Below are positions 59,041 to 63,167 of a stretch of DNA of 63,167 nt, in pieces. This stretch comes from an uncultured virus (IMG/VR IMGVR_UViG_3300031998_000023) (Duplodnaviria; Heunggongvirae; Uroviricota; Caudoviricetes): IMG/VR virus record IMGVR_UViG_3300031998_000023. The stretch is one strand, 5' to 3'. Below the pieces are notes generated by a model. That model had not been told where the DNA came from and searched no databases. It saw only the letters and a list, made by a program, of their open reading frames with translations. The translations under genes and the position numbers were made by a program. Each line of letters begins with the position of its first letter. The stretch's first letter is position 1.

Positions 59041-59078
59041 GGTTTATAATTTTAATTGGTTATTTGCTTAATAATAGT

Positions 59079-59093
59079 ACAAAATCCGTGCCA
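59079..59093 (-). promoter_or_regulatory. class I sigma54-type promoter inside a stem-loop
   Basis: TGGCACGGATTTTGT; AAAATCCGTGCC/GGCACGGATTTT inverted repeat. Confidence 0.75.
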
Positions 59094-59136
59094 AAGTTGC
59101 CAAAGGCACGGATTTTTTTACACACAATATGAAAGA

Positions 59137-60210
59137 TTAGAAAAGATTGTCGTATTGATTTTTAAGTTCATCAATCATGTGGGCAATGTCGCAAGGTTCA
59201 CCTACAAAGACGATGTTCCAACCATTTTCTTTGTCATCCTCAATGTCAATGTTTCCATAGTTTTGGTAGATAGCATCAACGCCATAGTTTTTGATAACCT
59301 TAAAGACAACGTACTTCATTTCATCGTAAATGTGTACCATTTGGTCATGGAACGTTGCGGCACTTCCAAACTTGAATTTGTAGGTGAGAATGTTGGCCAT
59401 GATTTCAAAGTATTGGTCATCGCTCAACTTGGAACAAAGGTCACGATGATTTTGTGGCAGTTCGTTTTTGTGTTCAGCAACAATAGAGTGCTTTCTTTCG
59501 ATAACAAAGATTTTTTCGCCTTCGGGCTGTCTATCGTCAATATCCTCCCTAACAAGGTTAATCATGGTAGAATTGCCATCGCAGATAGTCAGCATACCGA
59601 TAAACCATCTTTGCCACTTCTCCAACTTTTCCTCTTCAACGGGCAAATCCCAATAGTTGAACAAGGTGCAGCGAACATCAATGAATTGTTCACTTTCATT
59701 GAGATATTCCAAGATTTTGCCATAGGAAACTTCGTCAGTTTTGCCGCCAAGTTGAGCAAGGGCGTTTTGATACAAAGCCTCGCCAATGACGTGTTCTTGA
59801 ACAAAGTCGCCTTCGCTTGCAATGGCGTTAAGGTCGCTATCCTTATATTCATTGATAAGATTATAAAGAACATCGTTAAACCTTTCGGGGGTCTTGTAGG
59901 TTTCACGGATATAGCCCATGATGTTACCAATAATGACTTCACGCATGGAAACTTCGGTTTTGAAGATTTCCCAAAGAGACACACCTGCATCATCCCTTGC
60001 GTAGTCGTAGCCGATGCAAAGGCTTCCATCTTCGTAGCCGTTGGGTGCATCCAATTCTTCCATTGGAATCTCATCGCCACACTTCTTCAAATAATCGTAT
60101 ATTTGTTGAATCATTTGTTTGTGCGCTTGTTCGTGGGACACAAAGGTAAACACCTGCTTTGGTGAAAATGATTCTTGGGTCAAGGTCTCGGTTAATGTGT
60201 AGATAATCAT
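59137..60210 (-). CDS. hypothetical protein
   Basis: Cassette gene with own promoter and leader. Confidence 0.8.
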   Translation of the reverse strand: MIIYTLTETLTQESFSPKQVFTFVSHEQAHKQMIQQIYDYLKKCGDEIPMEELDAPNGYEDGSLCIGYDYARDDAGVSLWEIFKTEVSMREVIIGNIMGYIRETYKTPERFNDVLYNLINEYKDSDLNAIASEGDFVQEHVIGEALYQNALAQLGGKTDEVSYGKILEYLNESEQFIDVRCTLFNYWDLPVEEEKLEKWQRWFIGMLTICDGNSTMINLVREDIDDRQPEGEKIFVIERKHSIVAEHKNELPQNHRDLCSKLSDDQYFEIMANILTYKFKFGSAATFHDQMVHIYDEMKYVVFKVIKNYGVDAIYQNYGNIDIEDDKENGWNIVFVGEPCDIAHMIDELKNQYDNLF

Positions 60211-60250
60211 AATGTGTGTTTTTTTAATTGGTTAGACGTTTCTATTTACA

Positions 60251-60265
60251 GCAATAATCGTGCCA
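60251..60265 (-). promoter_or_regulatory. class I sigma54-type promoter (canonical -12)
   Basis: TGGCACGATTATTGC. Confidence 0.8.
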
Positions 60266-60285
60266 AAGGTACGCATTTGCGTATA

Positions 60286-60456
60286 TTATTCGTAATTTTT
60301 AATTGAAATTTTGTTTCTTTTACGATTGTAGAGTTTTTTTGACTTATGTACTCTTGAAGGTCGGAGGCTTATAATTTTCCCATGAGCCTTGATTTCTCTT
60401 TCTCGGTCAAGTTGGCAAGCAACCTTTACACTATCGTATTTCTTTTTCTTTTTCAC
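60286..60456 (-). CDS. small basic protein (56 aa), ArfA-like motif
   Basis: GTG start coupled to upstream stop; REIKAHGK..RPSRVHKSKKLYNRKRNK. Confidence 0.6.
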   Translation of the reverse strand: MKKKKKYDSVKVACQLDREREIKAHGKIISLRPSRVHKSKKLYNRKRNKISIKNYE

Positions 60457-60635
60457 TGCTCAACTAAAATTTTATCTTGCGGGTCATCGCTTTGGTAGAT
60501 GTATGCTTTTTCGGCTTTCTTGGATGAGCATTGCAATCTTGCGTAGTCCATGCAAAGAGCCAAACACTCAAATTCTCTTATTTCTCTATCAACGACTGAT
60601 AAATCGTTAAGCCATTCTATTGAATATTGTCTCAT
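60453..60635 (-). CDS. hypothetical protein
   Basis: Coupled ORF. Confidence 0.65.
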   Translation of the reverse strand: MRQYSIEWLNDLSVVDREIREFECLALCMDYARLQCSSKKAEKAYIYQSDDPQDKILVEQ

Positions 60636-60799
60636 TCTCCCTGCCCTTCCATGTGCTTATCAATTACTTCTTGTGCTTTTTCCAAAGTTGGGCAATTTAC
60701 CTCTTCAATATCTTCATAATTGTTAAAGGCAATGTAAGCACTGAAAGTTCCGTCAGACCATTTGCGGATTTGATTCCCTTTATAGATAATAGTTTCCAT
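60632..60799 (-). CDS. hypothetical protein (55 aa)
   Basis: Read manually: METIIYKG... Confidence 0.6.
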   Translation of the reverse strand: METIIYKGNQIRKWSDGTFSAYIAFNNYEDIEEVNCPTLEKAQEVIDKHMEGQGE

Positions 60800-60807
60800 A
60801 ATTTTAA

Positions 60808-60822
60808 TCAATTTCTATGCCA
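60808..60822 (-). promoter_or_regulatory. class I sigma54-type promoter (degenerate)
   Basis: TGGCATAGAAATTGA within end of upstream ORF; very close to next ATG. Confidence 0.45.
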
Positions 60823-61140
60823 AAATTCATATTCTTTGTCATCAACGCCAATTAACTTGTAATTGAAAGCATTGATAAGCCAACCATAATCATCGGACAA
60901 TTTGTCAGCAAGTCCATTGACAAACTCTTTGACAACTTCCAAATCATTTGTTGCTTGGGGTAATGGATAGTATTTTTCAGTCGGGAGGTTTGCTTCAATC
61001 TCTTCGATTGCTGCATCAATTTCTTCACCCGTCATATCGTCAGTGTCATAGACATCTTCGATTTCAACGCACCAATCAATTTCAGTGCATTTTACACCTT
61101 TGATTTCGGTTTTACACCAACCCATATTGACTTTTGCCAT
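60808..61140 (-). CDS. acidic hypothetical protein
   Basis: Cassette gene. Confidence 0.75.
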   Translation of the reverse strand: MAKVNMGWCKTEIKGVKCTEIDWCVEIEDVYDTDDMTGEEIDAAIEEIEANLPTEKYYPLPQATNDLEVVKEFVNGLADKLSDDYGWLINAFNYKLIGVDDKEYEFWHRN

Positions 61141-61175
61141 AGTATTTAATTTTAATTGGTTATACTATTATTATA

Positions 61176-61190
61176 GCAAAAAGTGTGCCA
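61176..61190 (-). promoter_or_regulatory. class I sigma54-type promoter (canonical -12)
   Basis: TGGCACACTTTTTGC. Confidence 0.8.
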
Positions 61191-61192
61191 AA

Positions 61193-61450
61193 TTATTCCC
61201 AAATGGAAAGGTTTTTAATCTTTTCTTGATTTTCTTTTGTGAGGTTGTCAAACTCTTTCCAATACCCATTGTTTTCTTCGTCAAGCAAATAGGCAAGCAA
61301 TTCGTTGGATTCCTCAAAGTAAACGAGTTGAGCAAGTTCAAGCCCATCATCAATTACTTCATCGTAAATATCAACATACTTTTCATCGGCTTCAACACCT
61401 GCTTCACCTTCAGCCTTGATAATGGCAATGATTTCTTCTTTTGTTTTCAT
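61193..61450 (-). CDS. acidic hypothetical protein
   Basis: Cassette gene. Confidence 0.75.
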   Translation of the reverse strand: MKTKEEIIAIIKAEGEAGVEADEKYVDIYDEVIDDGLELAQLVYFEESNELLAYLLDEENNGYWKEFDNLTKENQEKIKNLSIWE

Positions 61451-61487
61451 GGATTATAATTTTAATTGGTTAGCGACTACAATATAC

Positions 61488-61502
61488 ACAAAAACCATGC
61501 CA
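61488..61502 (-). promoter_or_regulatory. class I sigma54-type promoter
   Basis: TGGCATGGTTTTTGT. Confidence 0.7.
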
Positions 61503-61504
61503 AA

Positions 61505-62035
61505 CTATTCAAAGTATGACAAGGCTTCGTAATTAAATCTAACAAAATCTTTTTCTTTATGGCAGACTTCCTGCAAGATGGAAACCCAATTTTCCATAGG
61601 AGTATTTTCTTTGATGAACTTGTTAATCATATTGCAGAAAAACGTAACTTCATCCAAAATATCCTCATTAGTGTTTTTAGGAAAACCTAAACTCAATGCT
61701 TCCCCAAGATTGGAAATGAACATTGAGGTAAAGAATCCATGTAAGCCCATGCTGTCGCCAAACTCGGAGGCATAACACCAAATTCCAATTATCTTTCTAT
61801 CTTTGCAGTATTCCTTTGCAATTCTCCAATCAAATACATAACCTCGCCAATCCTTACTGAACAATCCGCTACGGCTACCATGACCCAACAAAAGAATTGT
61901 ATCATCGTCATTTTTGGCTAATTCATGCACAACATCATCCCTTGTAGGATTATACAATAAAGTACAATCAATCCCTTCATAAACAGCCTTCAGTCTTGCT
62001 GTATCTTCCATCGAATCAATGTGAATAACAATCAT
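61505..62035 (-). CDS. hypothetical protein, possible His-Cys peptidase fold
   Basis: LLLGHG...IGIWCYA. Confidence 0.7.
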   Translation of the reverse strand: MIVIHIDSMEDTARLKAVYEGIDCTLLYNPTRDDVVHELAKNDDDTILLLGHGSRSGLFSKDWRGYVFDWRIAKEYCKDRKIIGIWCYASEFGDSMGLHGFFTSMFISNLGEALSLGFPKNTNEDILDEVTFFCNMINKFIKENTPMENWVSILQEVCHKEKDFVRFNYEALSYFE

Positions 62036-62069
62036 TTCAATTTTAATTTAATGTTCACTACAATATATA

Positions 62070-62084
62070 ACAAAAAGTGTGCCA
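62070..62084 (-). promoter_or_regulatory. class I sigma54-type promoter inside a stem-loop
   Basis: TGGCACACTTTTTGT; AAAGTGTG/CACACTTT inverted repeat. Confidence 0.75.
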
Positions 62085-62130
62085 AACTTTTCAGTAAGAC
62101 ACACTTTCGCACCAATTAAAAATTAAACAT

Positions 62131-62397
62131 CTATGAATTTTTGTATTCGGCTTCGCTGATGAAGATTCGTACCCCATCGGTTGCTTCGTAGCCTTCATTG
62201 TAGGCGGCATAACTCGTTTCCGTGACTTCCTCGGTGTCGTAGTTGAGGCTACCTACCTTTTGTTCTTCTTTTTCTTTTACGATTTCTTCTTGCAGGACTT
62301 CCTTTGCCTTGTCCATGCTGTCAGTTACTGCAATAGTTTTGATTTCGATGTTGAAATCATAATTGCAATTTTTGATAATGACGTATTTCTTTTCCAT
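62131..62397 (-). CDS. hypothetical protein
   Basis: Start moved to MEKKY, after tRNA-Lys. Confidence 0.7.
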   Translation of the reverse strand: MEKKYVIIKNCNYDFNIEIKTIAVTDSMDKAKEVLQEEIVKEKEEQKVGSLNYDTEEVTETSYAAYNEGYEATDGVRIFISEAEYKNS

Positions 62398-62417
62398 AGT
62401 TTGAGTTTTTAAGTGTG

Positions 62418-62490
62418 TGCGCTCGGTGGGACTCGAACCCACGACTCCCACATTAAAAGTGTGGTACTCTACCGACTGAGTTACGGACGC
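62418..62490 (-). tRNA. tRNA-Lys(TTT)
   Basis: Cloverleaf, CTTTTAA loop, one acceptor-stem mismatch. Confidence 0.9.
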
Positions 62491-62530
62491 AAAATATATC
62501 GGTCTTATGTCCGATTGCCATCTAATAGTA

Positions 62531-62578
62531 ATTTTGCCGTGCGACTGCGAAGGGATTTTGCCTTGCCACTGCGAAGGG
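62531..62578. repeat. 24-bp tandem duplication
   Basis: ATTTTGCCGTGCGACTGCGAAGGG / ATTTTGCCTTGCCACTGCGAAGGG. Confidence 0.8.
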
Positions 62579-62907
62579 TCTTTCCTATTAGATATATTAT
62601 AATTTCTATTTGGGCGATGCTCTTGCCAAGGTCATGGACTTTTTGTTTCTATTGCGGCTTTGTAACGTATCCCGAACTTTACCCTATAAACCGCTCTCTT
62701 TTATTGGGGTTTCTATCACTATTAAATTATCAAAAATATCAAATATATATTACCGATTTACGGCTGACCTCTAATGCTTTTCATATTCAAAGATGCTCTT
62801 ATATAATTACAAATTCCGGATTATTACTTGGTTTTAGTTTGCTTTGGGCTTGTCTCTCGGTCTCATACTATTTAGCGATTTAGATGTTAGACTTCGATTT
62901 ATTACTT

Positions 62908-62922
62908 ACAAATATCGTGCCA
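62908..62922 (-). promoter_or_regulatory. class I sigma54-type promoter
   Basis: TGGCACGATATTTGT. Confidence 0.75.
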
Positions 62923-62929
62923 AAGTGGG

Positions 62930-63167
62930 CTAATCTTCTACGAGGTAAACGAATTTTCCGCTTTCAAGCCCTTTTCTACGCTCTTCCCCACTATAACCGC
63001 ACCATTCACGGCAATACTTTGATGTGGTGGTTGAGTATTCATGGCTTCTCGTAAGATAGAGTTTGCCGCCTGTCCGAATACCAATCAAGGTATCGAATGA
63101 CTGAAAAAGGTTGCCGTTTTCAAAACGAACTTCGTACTGATTACGGACTGCTTCACCACTTCGGGGT
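62930..63167 (-). CDS. hypothetical phage protein, 5'-truncated
   Basis: Read manually: ..NQYEV..FQSFDTLI..EYSTTTSKY.. Confidence 0.7.
   Translation of the reverse strand, partial: PRSGEAVRNQYEVRFENGNLFQSFDTLIGIRTGGKLYLTRSHEYSTTTSKYCREWCGYSGEERRKGLESGKFVYLVED

Noticed and set aside
59056..60165. 369-aa + strand ORF
   Set aside because: Antisense shadow of 59137..60210, which has the promoter, leader and normal composition.
54125..62922. CRISPR array or integron attC array from the recurring repeat
   Set aside because: Repeats are degenerate, separated by whole genes and promoter-like; no cas or integrase gene and no attC structure.
9441..62922. Class I motif as Bacteroidetes housekeeping -7 element (TAnnTTTG)
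   Set aside because: Most copies lack TA at the required position, whereas TGGCA at fixed spacing is nearly invariant.
1..63167. Stop-codon recoding (TAG=Gln) as in Lak and some crAss-like phages
   Set aside because: Genes tile densely in code 11, TAG acts as a true stop next to downstream starts or promoters, and no suppressor tRNA is seen.

Overview
AT-rich, gene-dense segment of a large (jumbo-type) dsDNA bacteriophage genome in the standard genetic code. The host is probably a Bacteroidetes (inferred from AT-rich start contexts without Shine-Dalgarno sites and from Bacteroidetes-style lipoproteins). No virion or replication core genes are present, so this is an accessory/early region. 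Positions 1-47995 are one + strand run of more than 100 mostly small hypothetical genes. Recognisable ones include GT2-TPR glycosyltransferases, an R2K ATP-grasp protein, YopX, two radical SAM proteins, a nucleoside deoxyribosyltransferase-like protein, HNH, an HD-PNK fusion, NUDIX, DUF262 and a MazG-like protein. The run converges on an AT-rich non-coding zone (~48.0-48.65 kb). From 48660 to the end all genes are on the - strand: a phage sigma70-family factor, a tRNA cluster and a run of single-gene cassettes. Main observations: (1) 31 copies of a sigma54-type -24/-12 motif (TGGCAYR-N4-TTG[A/T/C]) head transcription units on both arms, including the phage sigma70 gene, and a second TTG-N17-TATATT class also exists, suggesting a host-sigma54 to phage-sigma cascade; (2) the tRNA cluster contains a tRNA-like RNA whose D-loop lies 3' of the anticodon arm, a second anticodon-less tRNA mimic, a repeated TACAGCAA helix motif and several pseudoknotted spacer RNAs; (3) a 14-bp palindrome occurs five times. 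All protein calls come from motif recognition by eye and no searches were run. Some very small hypothetical ORFs are not listed.
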